A stretch of 61,570 nucleotides of DNA, the filler included, from Sphacelaria rigidula (Eukaryota): the NCBI GenBank assembly GCA_964200075.2. It is 9 parts of 9 records of this genome, joined end to end, with 100 filler letters (N's around TTAATTAATTAA, not from the genome) between each part and the next. Parts side by side here need not be neighbours in the genome. Positions count along the whole stretch, not along the records: positions 20,559 to 27,310 come from CAXNAA020018249.1; positions 27,411 to 34,162 come from CAXNAA020018250.1; positions 34,263 to 41,014 come from CAXNAA020018251.1; 6 more parts are not named here. One strand, 5' to 3'. A model generated the notes under the pieces. The model was not told where the DNA came from. It searched no databases and saw nothing but the letters and a program-made list of their open reading frames with translations. This document shows, one piece after another, positions 25,183 to 37,755 of this stretch; positions within the stretch are counted from its first letter, which is position 1; each line of letters starts with the position of its first letter. The position numbers and the translations under genes were made by a program.

Positions 25183-26544
25183 CTGTTGTGTTTTTGTTTC
25201 AGTTTTTCGATGGAGTTGGGGGGGGGGGGGGAAATTGCACACAAGTTAGAGATATACATCGCCCGCCGTAACTTGCAGACCTTTCAACATGAGCAGTACT
25301 GCTTTTGAACGTGCTCCGTAAGGTAGTAAGGTATCATAGAATGGAACATGACAAAAAATAGACAGAGAAGCCGGTGGCTCAAAAAATAGTCAAACAAAAA
25401 CCAGGTAAATTCCAATTCCAACGCGCTCAAACGTGTGCAGTATGGACGCTACGGCTCGGACGATGATTTTCAATCATCAAACCACGAGCACCTTCATTCC
25501 GACCTGCGGTCGCATGTAGGAACTCCCCGGACAACCACGCGTGCATATAAAGCCAGAAAGAGCAAGAGAGGCAAACGTAGAAAGTGTTCATGGTGTCATC
25601 TGTTTGGAGAGGGAGGACAGAAGATCACACCATCGTGGGATCGTGTTACCAGTAGGAAAAAAAAAAAGAGCGAACGACGACCAAACAAGAAATGGAGTGT
25701 AAACTAATGAAGCGGAAAAGACGAGAGGAGAAATGCGTGCCGCATCACACCAACCGTGTTTGCTATGGATGAAATGAACAGGCGATGACTTTATTCTTCC
25801 GAGACACGAAGGCACGCCTGACAGCGATGAGGGGAAAAATGGCGAAACAAAAAAAAGGAAAGAAAAAGCATGAACATAGAAAATCGCCAACGATGAAGAT
25901 GACTGTTCGTAGCAAACTCCGAGAGGTCACCACGAGTGCAACCCTTGCACAGCTCGAGAGACGGGTTAATCCCTACGACAATGTACAAACTCTTCCCGCG
26001 AGGCGGGGACCTGAAACGTGAAAGAAATAAAAAAAGAAACAGAAATGAAACTAAAATTCACCATACCTGCCGCAAGAGAACCGCTTCCACATTTCCGCGA
26101 CGGTCGATAACTACATACCGCTGCTCTCGCCCGCTGTCTGAAGCAGCATCAGGCCCTGCACAAACGATCGTAATTGGCCGAGAAATGGAGAGAAAATGAA
26201 ACGGGGGAAAAAGTGCGTAAACACCCATCAACGATCACGGAAGATAAAGCGGCGGAGATAAAATTGTGCGGGGGCATCTCCACACTTCAATAGGGAACCA
26301 GGGTTGCAGAATCCTCGAAACCCATGGAACCTCCGGAACCCAAGGAACCTCCGGAACCCAAGGAGTCCCAGGAACGCCAGGAACGCCGTGGTATTTACAG
26401 AGGTGTGATGACAAGTGGCGAGAAGAGAATTGGATCGGTTAATTCATTTCCAATTGTAGGTATCATTTCCGGTACAAAATATTCCTAGTAACACGATCGC
26501 TTCGCTATTGAATCAGAAAAGCTAAGCATGATGCGATCGAGTAC

Positions 26545-26716
26545 CTCCAATATCTTGATCATCTTCTTGGATTTCGGAATCGGCGGCACAGTTTTCTCGC
26601 ATTTGTGGATACTCTCCGACGAACGCGGTTGTTCGGCCGTCGTCGAGCATGATAGCGGACCCCAGCCGCGCCAATGGTATAATTGTCTCGAGCAGCTCTT
26701 GCTCGTAGGCGAGGTC
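26545..26716 (-). CDS. Unknown protein, exon 1 of 4 visible (frame uncertain)
   Basis: CAG/GTAC boundaries. The frame ending ...KSKKMIKILE is in phase with the next exon, but an alternative frame (DLAYEQELLETII...) is also open. Confidence 0.45.
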
Positions 26717-26873
26717 CTGTCACATGGAGGACGTTGGCATGAAATATAGTAGCAATAGTAGCAGCAATGGTTTTTGGGGCGGTAGGGGAAGAGCGAAGAG
26801 CGAAGGATAGGAAGAAGTAAGGCGGGAGGCGAACATAAGAGTAGAATGGGAAGAGACGACGGCGACGACGACG

Positions 26874-26907
<34 letters not shown>

Positions 26908-26908
26908 C
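26874..26908. repeat. (AAC)n microsatellite
   Basis: Direct reading. Confidence 0.9.
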
Positions 26909-27019
26909 GACAGCAGCAGAAATTCTGTGAAGATCGTGCGTATTGGCCAGCGTCGCCGGAGGAAAACCATGGGGTTTACTGGGAATAGGATTTCGAGCGG
27001 GTGGAGAGGGCGCGGGGGG

Positions 27020-27110
27020 GGGATGGGGGGCATACTTATTTGTCGCATACCTCAGTCATTTGACCATTGGCCACGCATCCCTATCGAGACGGAACACCAC
27101 TCCTACTCCC
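27020..27110. repeat. Diverged left end of the 3986-family element
   Basis: GGGGGGCATACTTATTTG...GACCATTGGCCACGCATCCCT...CCTACTCC. Confidence 0.7.
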
Positions 27111-27310
27111 AACAGAAGCACCTCCAACAATCGAGCGCCCATTACGGTCTTGCCGCAAATTACTATTTCAATATATCTTGTGCGCTTCCTGTTTTACCGA
27201 CTGTGGCCACCATCCATCTCATAGTATGGCGATGGGATGAGGGGGGGGGAGGGGCAGGGGGGGGGGGGGCGTATGACGTCCAATCTCTTCACTGAAAGAA
27301 AAAATGGGAA

Positions 27311-27410
27311 NNNNNNNNNNNNNNNNNNNNNNNNNNNNNNNNNNNNNNNNNNNNTTAATTAATTAANNNNNNNNNNNNNNNNNNNNNNNNNNNNNNNNNN
27401 NNNNNNNNNN
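27311..27410. other. Artificial contig spacer
   Basis: N44-TTAATTAATTAA-N44. Confidence 0.98.
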
Positions 27411-27582
27411 TTTTGAAATCTCATACCTACGATACCTACGATACCACGGTATTTTCAAATTCCAATACCTACCCTACCCGCCCAATCCGGTATTTTGAAA
27501 TCTCATACCTACGATACCTACGTATACTAGGATACCGCGGTAAATACCGGGAGTACGCTCGGTACGGTACCTTACCTACGGT
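27411..27582. repeat. Repeat with reiterated ATACCTACG / GTATTTTGAAATCTC motifs
   Basis: TTTTGAAATCTCATACCTACGATACCTACG occurs at 27411 and about 27493. Confidence 0.65.
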
Positions 27583-28405
27583 GCCTGTGTAATTTTGTAA
27601 TCGTATGTCGCCAAGCGGGTAATTCGGTGTGAACAGACGGCACAGTACTGTCCAAACTATCCATCCTGTCTTTACTATTCATGAGCGTGTACACGATTCC
27701 GTCGCCCACCCCTACCGTAAAATATGCTCAAGTTTTCGCCAACAATAGAATAAACGTGCCTTCCAAGAGGCTGATAGTGTCGGCTTCCAATCGGGGGCGG
27801 TGCTATTGATTTAATACTTCCACCAAGATCCTAACGCACAGGAGTAGTAGTGACCAAGCATAGAACAGTAAAACCGGAAATATTTCTTCTTGTTATAGAG
27901 TTGGTCGAGAGATCATCAGGTCCATGTTGAACGTTTGAACTCTTCCTGCCGCCTGACATCTGAGCGGTAGTGTCATGTACTACATACAGCAGTGTATCCC
28001 TGTGCTCAACTCGTGCTCTTTACGGTAGAGTTGCGGTGGTGGCTAATAATCATGTGTGAGGTTTGTGTGGTTCTGTGAACGGGTGCTACCCGGCGTGGTG
28101 GTCAGCAAGATCGCCGACGCCTTTCCTTCGCAAAATCTAAGAGGAAAGACTTATCGAAACCCCAAAAAGGAACGGGAAAAGGAGCACGCTCAAGGCCCTG
28201 TCTTATCGAGACGAGAAGAACAAGCGAGAAACGTGACAAGCTTCCAAAAGCAGCATGTTGATTCGTCGCTAGGCGGGGTCTACGGTTGCGCTGACTAATC
28301 AGCATGCTGCTTGTCACGGTTAGGACGAATCATCACGACTAGGAATTACCAAATCCACGATTTCTTCGGCCTGATTGCCCACAAGGGAGAAATTCGTTGA
28401 CCGCT

Positions 28406-28574
28406 GGTCCAAGGGGTATGTATCCACGCAACTTTTGCGCCATTTCACGTGTCTGGGCTGCGTGTACCTGGGTTGCAACGCTGAAAACAAAGCCTAGGGA
28501 TTGATTCGTACGAGTCGAATCAATTATACTAAAATCAAGTAATTTCCAGACGAATCATTATTCGTCCGACCCTT
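28406..28574. repeat. Second copy of the 22259-22410 repeat
   Basis: Colinear sequence. Confidence 0.65.
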
Positions 28575-31500
28575 GCTGCTTTTGGACGCTTGTTTCGTTC
28601 TGCACTTATTTTTTCTTCTCGACAAGACAGGGCCTCGGATATTTCCTTTCTTGTTATTTGCCTTCTGATCACACTCGAAGAATTAGAAATAGTTGGCGTC
28701 ATCTGGGAAAATAAATGATGTGCACCTATCAGATGGAATGCCACGATTCCCCTGCTTGTTTTCGATCGTTTTTTTCTTCCATCAAGACACGCCCTCAGGC
28801 CGGGTCTCATCGAAACAAGAAATTGAGAATGGAATGGTGAGAGTGGTACTGAATGGTGAAGAACAATCCCTTTGTGGCAACCATTTCACGTTCCCTTTCG
28901 CGTTCGCATGTTCATTCTCATTATCAGCAAGGTCAGCCATTTTGTAACCAGTTTTTGCGAGAATGTAGCAATCCGATGAGAATGCGGGAGGGGGCTTGAA
29001 AAAGGGTTTCCACACGTGTGCTGTTCGTCACCATAATCATTAATGTCACAACCTCATCATCATTTTTCCGTGTCGATGATACGGGACCTCGAATCCTAGA
29101 GGAGGCAAACTTAACGACCTCTCACAACAAAGCCTACTACCGTTCTGACAGGTTTCTCGCTCCTCTCAGAACTGTTTTTTTTCTTTTCCAAATCTTGGGC
29201 AATATACCCATCTGTCCGTCGGACCCTCGCCAAGGCATCACACCTAGATGCCTACGGCCAACGGCGCTTGTGTGAGAGGGATGGCTTCTCCTCAGCTAAC
29301 CAGGGAAGAGGGCGCTTCAACACGAAACTCTTGTATTTCTTGGCCACCTCGCGATGCCCGGTGACGGTGCTCATTCCCATCCTTGTAGCGTTTGACGCCG
29401 AGGACAGCGTGCTAGATCAACGTGTTCTGAAGGAGCTGAAGGGTGTAGGAGTCTCGGGTAGGCTTGGAATCTTTGGCGGGCCTTACGATCTTTCGAGACA
29501 ACAATGTGCGGACGGCTTGCTCACGATCTGTGAGCTGTTGGGTTGCAGCGTGTATGTGCCCGGAATCAAACGCGCGAAATTTGGAGCCGTACCGGACGTC
29601 CTCAGGTCGTTCCCTTTCCCATATTTCTGAATTCCCAAAACTAGAAATAACAATTGACAGCAACTATTGGCTCAAACGTTTCCCTTAGTTGTTCGTCTTC
29701 GTGCTTAATATTTCGTTCAAGAAAAGCTCTTTGCTGTTGGAAGCGTTTCGCGAGCGTTTCCTTGACGCGGTGGCACTTTGTCCGTTTCACACATGACTCG
29801 CTTTTACGCCGTAATGTTATTCAACCACTCTTCGCGGCCTCGATGTTCGAGGTGATGAGTGTTGCCGCGAGTTGCTTCCGCTCAGTTCTGTGCGCATGAG
29901 TTCACGAAAATGCCGCCCAAGAAGTATTCACGCGATTGCGGGGAATGCAGGCTTTGTCTTCGACGCGCTGAGGATAACCAGCAAAGAGCAACTCAAGCGT
30001 CCAAGAAGCAACATGTTGATTGGTCGCAGCGACATATACGTGGCGGGATGATCAATGGACATGCTGCTTTTAGACGATTGCTTTCTCTTGCACTGTTTTC
30101 TCAAGTCTCGTCGGAGTCTGCGCATCAATAACCTCGAGTTACGACAGACTATGGTCTTGTGTGTGTCCCCCCTCCCCTCCTCCTTTTTTTTTTCCTGACC
30201 CACTCAGCGGCGTCATGTTGTGTCTCCGCATTAACGCCCAGTGTATTTATTTGTTCGCCAGCGTCTATTCCATTGAACGACTATTTGCTCTTCTTCTTGC
30301 CTCGCCCTCGCCCGTTTGGGGGGAGCGCAGGAGACGGGGGGGGCTGCTATCACTCATAACAAAGAACACTATATTTGTCTAGGAGTTCTCACATCGGCTG
30401 GACGACATGCTTGAAGAAACCCGTCCCTGACCCGAAGCTTTGACTGCTACCTTACCTGCTATCGCACGACCTATTTTCTAATTACAAGCAGACGACTCCA
30501 AAGATTTCTCCTGGGCTAGAAGGCATTCTCAAAGAGACTGCAAGTACGGGAGTGCCGTACTACGGCTGGGGTTTGCTGAAGGAGTTGTTGGCGGCAAGGA
30601 TGTTTGAGGCGGTGGAGGCTTTGGAGCGGGAGGTCGGGTTTCATCAAGCCAGCGGGGGCAAGGCGTACACACAGCGAAGGTGAAGCAATGTGTTGAATAC
30701 GGAATTCCGAATGTAGACTGAAGGATATACAGGCAGGCGGACGCATGCTCTGCCCCTGTGTCGGTTGGCGTGCACTTTGGTGCGTTTGACCCTGCGTCGT
30801 TGACATCCGTTTGAGAGAAAATATGAGTCTTCGTGTGGACCCTGTTTTGGCCTGTCGTACAAGTGTGAAGTTGGCATAATGATCTAGAAGGTATCGCTAG
30901 GTATTTTTCCCTGGATAGCTTCACAGAAAAAGCTCTATCAGCGTCACATGTACCGACATCACGGGTTCTATAGTATATTGAGCGGGATTCTTGGTTGATG
31001 ACTCACTCAGTATCCCCAAACCTCGGCTTTCGCCGCTCAGTTCGTGAGAAAGATGAACGCCAACTTCTTGATTCATCTACACAGTGGGAATGGCTGATAA
31101 GTCTATTGGTATGAAAAGTTCGATCAACCCGCATTTCTCGCGGGCCTGTCTTTTTCTTCTCCTATTAATGCAGGCTTGTTCACGGTGATCACCCAAAATT
31201 GTGTCATCAGCAAATGCCTTCCGCAATACGCACCCAATAGTCGCATATATGGTATCATACTGACCGCAATGAAGAGAGGAAGAGGGTGACACAGCCAGAT
31301 TTTTGTTTAAGGCTGTAGCGGTGGCGCTATGGACGAAAATGTGTCTAAGCGAATCAGTACCCTTCAAACTGTTCCGAGATCCAAATCACGAATACCAAGC
31401 CCAATTTTCACCCAATCTCTATATGCTTCAAATTGTAGTCACCGTCATCGACACGGGAATCGAACGAGAAAATCATATTTTGAAAACAATTACTAGAGGA

Positions 31501-32369
31501 GTCGAATTATACCCGAAACTGTGATGTTTCGGTGATGTCGGGTGTTGGCGTCGTCTAATTTCCACTAATGATGCACACGAAAGACCCGGGGAGCCTCGTG
31601 ACGGTGTCCTCTACATCTGTTGTAGAAGAGCTCAGATCGGCCTCAAAATCGGCAGTTCCCTAGGTATTGATGCTCAAAATAGAAAAATTGTATTCTTGAC
31701 AATATATAATGTTTTCTCCGTTCTCTACCGGCTTCCGGGGGTCCGAGCATGAAGACCCCCGGAAGGCGGTACAGAATGCCCTAAAAGGAAGATGATGAGA
31801 TGATCCGTCCCGGGAGAGTCCAAGGAATACGTGTACAAAGTTTGGTGGAGAAACTCGAAAACCTCATACAGTTTTTCTTGCCTTGACGTCAAATTCGCCC
31901 CAAAAGACGTTTCCATATTCAAACCAAGTAGTTATAATAATAAAAAGTTAGGAGTTGTACGTTTCAAGCGCACGTCCTCCACAAACGCGCAAACTTTCAC
32001 GCTGTCATTACGAGTTTGATCCTGAAACTTCGCATTAATATGCTATGTATCACTACACAACTTTCTACGAACGATGTTTTTTGTACTTGTTGAGGTTTCC
32101 GACGGGATCGGAGTCGTTTTACGAAGTAGTCTCCATTCTGGGACCCCGGAAAAACGGCACTGCGATATACATTTTTCATTTTCCCGCAAACCATCTGCCT
32201 CCGCATAACCCAAGGATGGGCTCCACAAGTTTTCGTCGCAAAACTTGATCAACTGATGCTTGAATTTCCATGTTCACGTCAAAGAAGGCCCAAAAACGCC
32301 GTTTTGGTACTAAAATCAAGTAGTCTGCGGTTTCACCGCGGTACGGCAAAGTTCATCGCACAGAGGCCA

Positions 32370-32652
32370 AGAACCTCACGCCGTTTTGAGGAGTTAGACC
32401 CTGAAATTTTGCACAAATGTGCTTTGGGACATTACGCAACTTTGCAGGAACGTTTTTTATATATTTTTTTCTTTGTTACCGTTTTACGGGGGTCCGATTG
32501 GGTCGAGGTTTACCCCCAAAACTGGGACCCCCGTAAAACGGTGAAATAAGTAAAAAAAAAATGAAGAACCCCGTTTCTGCTAAGTTGCATAATTACCCAT
32601 AAAACACTCGTGCAAAATTTCAGGGTCCAACTTCTTTAAACGGTGTGAAGTT
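32370..32652. repeat. Foldback/MITE-like imperfect palindrome
   Basis: GACCCTGAAATTTTGCAC vs GTGCAAAATTTCAGGGTC; ACCGTTTTACGGGGGTCC vs GGACCCCCGTAAAACGGT. Confidence 0.75.
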
Positions 32653-33938
32653 CTGTTGATGAGTGTTTTTTGGGTGATATGGGTGAACCAGCCTGTATGA
32701 GTTTCCCGGAAACTATTCAAGACCTCATGATGATATTGTATTGCTACTCGTGCAATTTTGCACGGACGAGTTCTTGATTTATTTTAGGGACGAGGTACTT
32801 TTTTGAGTGCTTCATGTGTTTTTCTTCTTTTACACGGTAAAGTGTACGTGAGGTACTGCCTTTAGGGGAGCAGTCCTTTTTCCAGTAGTGTTCACCACTC
32901 GGTCGATAGAACCTCCCTGGAATTTTACTACTTGATCTGAGTGTAAACACCGGTATTAGGATTTTTAGCAGGGCTGACAGCCGCAACCGCCCCTCGCGTG
33001 CGCAGAACGCATTTTTGTAGCGCTGTTTTGAGTTCTGCCAACGCCACACTTTGGTCAGGGAACACTGCATACCCCCCTCGCCCGAGGGTTCTCGGTATGC
33101 CTTCGGTTGGGGTTGGGGTTAGAGTTCGGGTTAGCGTTATTTTAAAAAAACATGTTTCCGAGAAATTTATTCATCGACCAAGTGGTGAACACACCTCCCT
33201 TTTTCTAGTGCAAGGTGTTGACGTCTCAGTGTACTGCTATCGTTATCAACCTGTTGGAAGGGGAATAGCTTGCACCTGTTCGGGATGTACGCCACCGTAT
33301 GCGTTCAGCGCAGTGGAACATAACTCGTCTTGGCTTTTTTGTGTGTGTTCTTTTTTCGTGTGAGCCGAAGCATCATCCCGCGCGGCCCGGATAAAATACA
33401 CTTTCTGTGGATACTACCGGAGTACCCTGTGGAATGCAGGCACGTACCCCGAAGTGTCCGATGAGGATACATCCGCTTTTTTTTATGTTGGCGACAATTG
33501 TAAGAGTGAAATATCTCATTTTTGCTCAAGTGTCCATGTACAAGGCAGTAGGTTTAACCTGGCCCAACAACCGCTACAGCATAGATTCGTCAAGTACAAC
33601 CAGCTTCTTCACGTGTAGACACAGTACACGCCTTTTTGTTTACTCCTTTCGAGCTTTATGCACCGCAGCCTCTTTTTATTTGTGTATTTTTTCGGCATTC
33701 CCCCCCCCCCCCCACATGGCCTTACAGACAGTACAGTATTGAAGTCACATTCCGCGTTGACTTGAGCTTGTTCCGATCTTCCAGCATGCCTCGCTTTGAC
33801 CTGGGCACCCCTGCGTTTTCTGACGAGTGTTTGATGGGTTGCTTCCCGTGAGTGGATAATTTTGAGCTTTTGCTTCACGTTGCATCGTTGTCTGTTTTCT
33901 TCGTCATTTTTTCCATGTATACCGTCACGCGGCCGCAG

Positions 33939-34014
33939 AGATGAGCTTGTGGCGTCCCTTCGAAACTTTGACGCGGCACCGTTCACACTCCAGCGCCTAG
34001 CGGAGCTCTTGCAG
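33939..34014 (+). CDS. PPP4R2: Exon of a protein phosphatase 4 regulatory subunit 2 (PPP4R2)-like protein
   Basis: DELVASLRNFDAAPFTLQRLAELLQ matches the conserved PPP4R2 motif F-x3-PFT(I/L)QRL(C/A)ELL; CAG/GTGAGA boundaries. Confidence 0.8.
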
Positions 34015-34162
34015 GTGAGAAAGGAAACGCCAAAAACTCACAGGAATGCGGTCTGTCGTGAGGTCCGTGGTCTTGTGTGTCCTGTCTTTCTCATGTATCC
34101 GTTTCTCGTGCTTTTTTTTTTTTTTTTGTTTTTATTTTTTTTTTTTTTGTCGGTATCTTTGT

Positions 34163-34262
34163 NNNNNNNNNNNNNNNNNNNNNNNNNNNNNNNNNNNNNN
34201 NNNNNNTTAATTAATTAANNNNNNNNNNNNNNNNNNNNNNNNNNNNNNNNNNNNNNNNNNNN
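34163..34262. other. Artificial contig spacer
   Basis: N44-TTAATTAATTAA-N44. Confidence 0.98.
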
Positions 34263-34439
34263 CGAAAACAGGATCAGTGGGTCACATTCTCATCCACCTT
34301 GAGGTGTGGCTTGCTCTGTTAACGAATACTTTGACAGGGGTAGGGGGGGGCGGGGGAGGCAGCAAACGTGTTTCACTGAAACTCGGTCAAATCCGTCGAA
34401 CACCAGAGTTTTGCGACAATTATGTCGAAATTAATTCCA

Positions 34440-35360
34440 CTTGGTTCGGTAGCTCTAAACAAACAGAAAGCATCAAGCTCTGCGAACGTGTTCGTCGAGT
34501 TCGGCGTTGCCAAACACGAAGGAGAATGCTCAAATTTGTTCCGAAAATCCGGGGATAGGCCAATTTATTCCCCGAATTGCCTCTTTTCCCTCTTTGGTGC
34601 CGGAAAGTGATGCATTGTGAGGCATTGTGATGCATTGCGATGGGTAAAGGTTTGTGCCCGGGGAAAATATCTGAAACGTCCTAGCTCTAGGTTTTCCATT
34701 TTCGCAGAATTGTCGATTTCCGGTGATCAGGGGGCATCACTCAACGTGCGTCATAGTACCTTGATCGTAACGTATGTACACCAAATTTTGGGAGATTTCT
34801 TTTAAAACGTATCTCGATGGGTTAATCAAGCAGAAGAAGAAAAAAACGTTCTCGTCGAGTACGGCGTTGCCGAACACAGAAATATGGGCGAAATTTGTTC
34901 CGAAAACTAGGGGGTAGGCCATTTTCATCCCCGGATTCGTTTTTGGCAAAACGGACTGCACTAGTGTCATACACAGTTTTATCGAAAGAGAAGGCCTGAA
35001 ACGTCCCAGGTGTTCCATTTTGGTAGTCATTATCGATTTCTGGTGAAAAATGAATGATTAGGGGAACCACTCAACGTGCGTGACAGAGTGCCTTAATCAT
35101 AACCGATGTGCACCAATTTTTGGGAGATTACTATCAAAACGTATTAGAATGGATCAAATAAGAAAAAGAAGAAAACGTTAGTTTTCGTCGAGTACGGCGT
35201 CGCCAAACACTGACTTAATGGCGAAATTTGTTCCGAAAATAGGGGATAGGGGATTTTCATCCCCGGATTGAATTTTTCTTCCCCTGTTCTTTTGGAAAAC
35301 GGACCGCGCTAATCTCATAAATATTTGTACCAAAGGAAAACGTCTGAGACGTCTAAGGTC
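34440..35360. repeat. Diverged tandem triplication, ~335-360-bp unit
   Basis: TCGTCGAGT(T/A)CGGCGT(T/C)GCC...AAATTTGTTCCGAAAA recurs at about 34492, 34852 and 35185. Confidence 0.85.
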
Positions 35361-35952
35361 GCGAGAAATCAACTGCTGCGTAAAGTGTACCGTAATTGAA
35401 ACAGAGGGTGTTTTGGCCGCATTTTTACGTCAATAGAGCCATACTCCACATCTACTCCTGCAACGTGGTTTGATTATTTTTCAATATTGAAAAGCTTGGA
35501 TGGTATAAGATGAAGTTTTTTACTCCGGATACTCTGGTCATTGCTGTCCGTGTCGTCGTTCCCACGAACCAGAGTTTTTCCCGTCAGGTGCCTTAAGCAT
35601 ACCTTAATTGGTACGTTTACTCAATGTAATAAGTATAAAAACAAAACGCTATTTACCGCGACGCAGCAACAATAACCATTCAGGGGCATTGCGGCGACAG
35701 TGGGACGAGCTCCGATGAGGTCGTTGTAAGGAGCGTCAACCACTTGGCTTTCCTGCTTGTCTCAAGATTTGTGTGCTCGACTCGCACCAACGTCGCCGGG
35801 TAACTCGGGGAGGAAACACCATTCGAAGGGTAGATGGTAAATGCGTTGCGATTGTTTGCACGACGTTTTGCCCTGATATTACCTATCCCAGCGTATCAGC
35901 AAGGTCGAACGACTTCTGATTCACGCGTGAGGAAAGACAAACGATGACTTAC

Positions 35953-36364
35953 CGTCGCCGACAATGCGCATGGCGTCTGAATCCAGGTTCCTGTACACCC
36001 TGCACGATATAGCCTTCTCTGGGCCGAACAGCTGTTGCCCCGCCGCTACCCTATGGTTGCCATCGAGCACCCTGTATTCAGCACATGCCATTTGCTCCGG
36101 CGTTGCGTTCTCGTCGCCGAGTGAAGTGCTAATTACCAATGCTGGTGGCTTGTGGTTCAGCCACCCGTTAATCGTTATCGATTTGATCACGTTATCGAGT
36201 TCTCGTGGATTTAACTCGCGAGACAACGCCGTCCGCGCGATCTGTTTCAGCGGGATGTCGTAAGTCCCGAGGCTGCATTTTTTGCCCAAAAGTCGGTCTA
36301 ATTCCCCGTCCGACGGCAGCGCCTCATCTGGCGATGAACGGGCCTGTTCGGCCGCCGTGGCCAT
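35953..36364 (-). CDS. First exon of a ParB/Sulfiredoxin-fold (ParB N-terminal-like) protein
   Basis: ATG at 36364; DIPLKQI...SRELNPRELDNVIKSITINGW...PPALVI...YRVLDGNHRVAA...ISCRVY; GTAAGT donor at 35952. No convincing downstream exon found. Confidence 0.8.
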
Positions 36365-37133
36365 GTTCCTCTCACGCTACAGGTCGTTCTACCGCCTAAT
36401 TGTGTCTACCACCCCCTGTAGCACCAGCGTGGCAGTATAGTTCGGTTGTGGTCATTGGAGGGGGGGGAGGGGGGGGTGATGAATATGTCCGGATGTTCAC
36501 CATCGAGGGGTCCATACGTTAGATACAACCCCACCCCCCTCCTTGCAGGTCTGGGTGCACGTACCCGGACGCCCGGAGTAAAACTCAAGGGCTGGCAAGC
36601 CATCCACCCTGTGAACCTTCAAATTCGTTCCGTCATCGTGCGATGGAGGCAAATGACAACCCGACGAGAAGGGCGGTTGGACACCGGCGGGAATGCCACG
36701 CACATACTGCTTCATACAGTCACAATCGTGGCGATGAGCGCATCGGATGACCGCTTGCGCAAGTTGCCTCGGCACCAAGCATGTGCACAGTCAGAAGCTC
36801 GAATAACATGTCTCTCAGATGCCAACACGTGAACAACCCTGATCTTAAACCTGCACATGCCTTTTCGCAACGGATTTGGTTGTTTATCCCGGAAAAACCT
36901 CAGGTCCTCAAAATCAGACCCACTAAGTTACGTTGGATGCTCAGGATGCGCACGTAGACCTGTGGCATTTTTTTCTGATCAATATTTTATGTATTTTGCC
37001 TTCGTTGAGGTGTCGAGGCGGCGCGATCGCGGTGCATACTCCCACCACCAACCCCACCCCCACACATCACAGTACATCGTCGGCTTCTATCCTCTACATT
37101 TCCATCTGAGACGACAGTCGTGTTCTTGCTATT

Positions 37134-37646
37134 ATGCCCGTGACAGATGCGGGTCGTCTCCTGTTCGCTCGTACCCCGCCAGGCGTTTCGTCCCCTCAGA
37201 CAGACGACCAGTGCCGCGTGGAGGGAATAGACAGCGCCCTTCTAGCCAACAACCAGCCGATCGTTGACACCGTGGCAGTCGCTGAACCACAAGTCCGTCC
37301 GAGACGATCAAAGCGTGTAACCGACCACGACGCCATGAATGACATGTTTTTCCGCTGCTGCGCGAGGCTGAACTGCGTGGAACGGTTCATGCGCGGCCGA
37401 TACGACGCGCAGCGACTGCGCATGGAACAGCAAGACTTCGCTCGTCTGACATCGTCGACGGCGCAATCGGCTAGGGTGCGCGAGCATGTCCCATACGAGA
37501 AACCCAGGAGAAGGATGGGCTCTATGTACGCTTCTGGCAGCTTGGTGTGCAACATTTTCTACGCTCATGTTTTCGGAGTGTCGAAGAATCTCATCAAAAA
37601 CGCAAAGCGCAATCCAAGAGCCCCCGCAAAGAGGGCGATGCTCTGA
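37134..37646 (+). CDS. Cys-rich ORF resembling the N-terminal region of Sola/DUF7869-type transposases (truncated or first exon only)
   Basis: CCARLNCVERF...QQDFARL...SLVCNIFYAHVFGVSKNLI fits the CC-x4-C...VCxxF(F/Y)xxx(L/F)G(I/V)S pattern I recall from these families. No DDD catalytic core is visible. Confidence 0.5.
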   Translation: MPVTDAGRLLFARTPPGVSSPQTDDQCRVEGIDSALLANNQPIVDTVAVAEPQVRPRRSKRVTDHDAMNDMFFRCCARLNCVERFMRGRYDAQRLRMEQQDFARLTSSTAQSARVREHVPYEKPRRRMGSMYASGSLVCNIFYAHVFGVSKNLIKNAKRNPRAPAKRAML

Positions 37647-37697
37647 GTACTGTTGTTGCCGTCATTGTTGTTATGATTGTCGTCGTTGATGATAAAA

Positions 37698-37699
37698 GT

Positions 37700-37753
<54 letters not shown>
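37698..37753. repeat. (GTT)n microsatellite
   Basis: Direct reading. Confidence 0.9.

Positions 37754-37755
<2 letters not shown>

Noticed and set aside
35953..36364. Bacterial/plasmid parB contamination, or sulfiredoxin
   Set aside because: The ORF has a spliceosomal GTAAGT donor right after the domain, no parA or operon, and eukaryotic microsatellites nearby. It lacks both the GxRR ParB motif and the Srx catalytic Cys.
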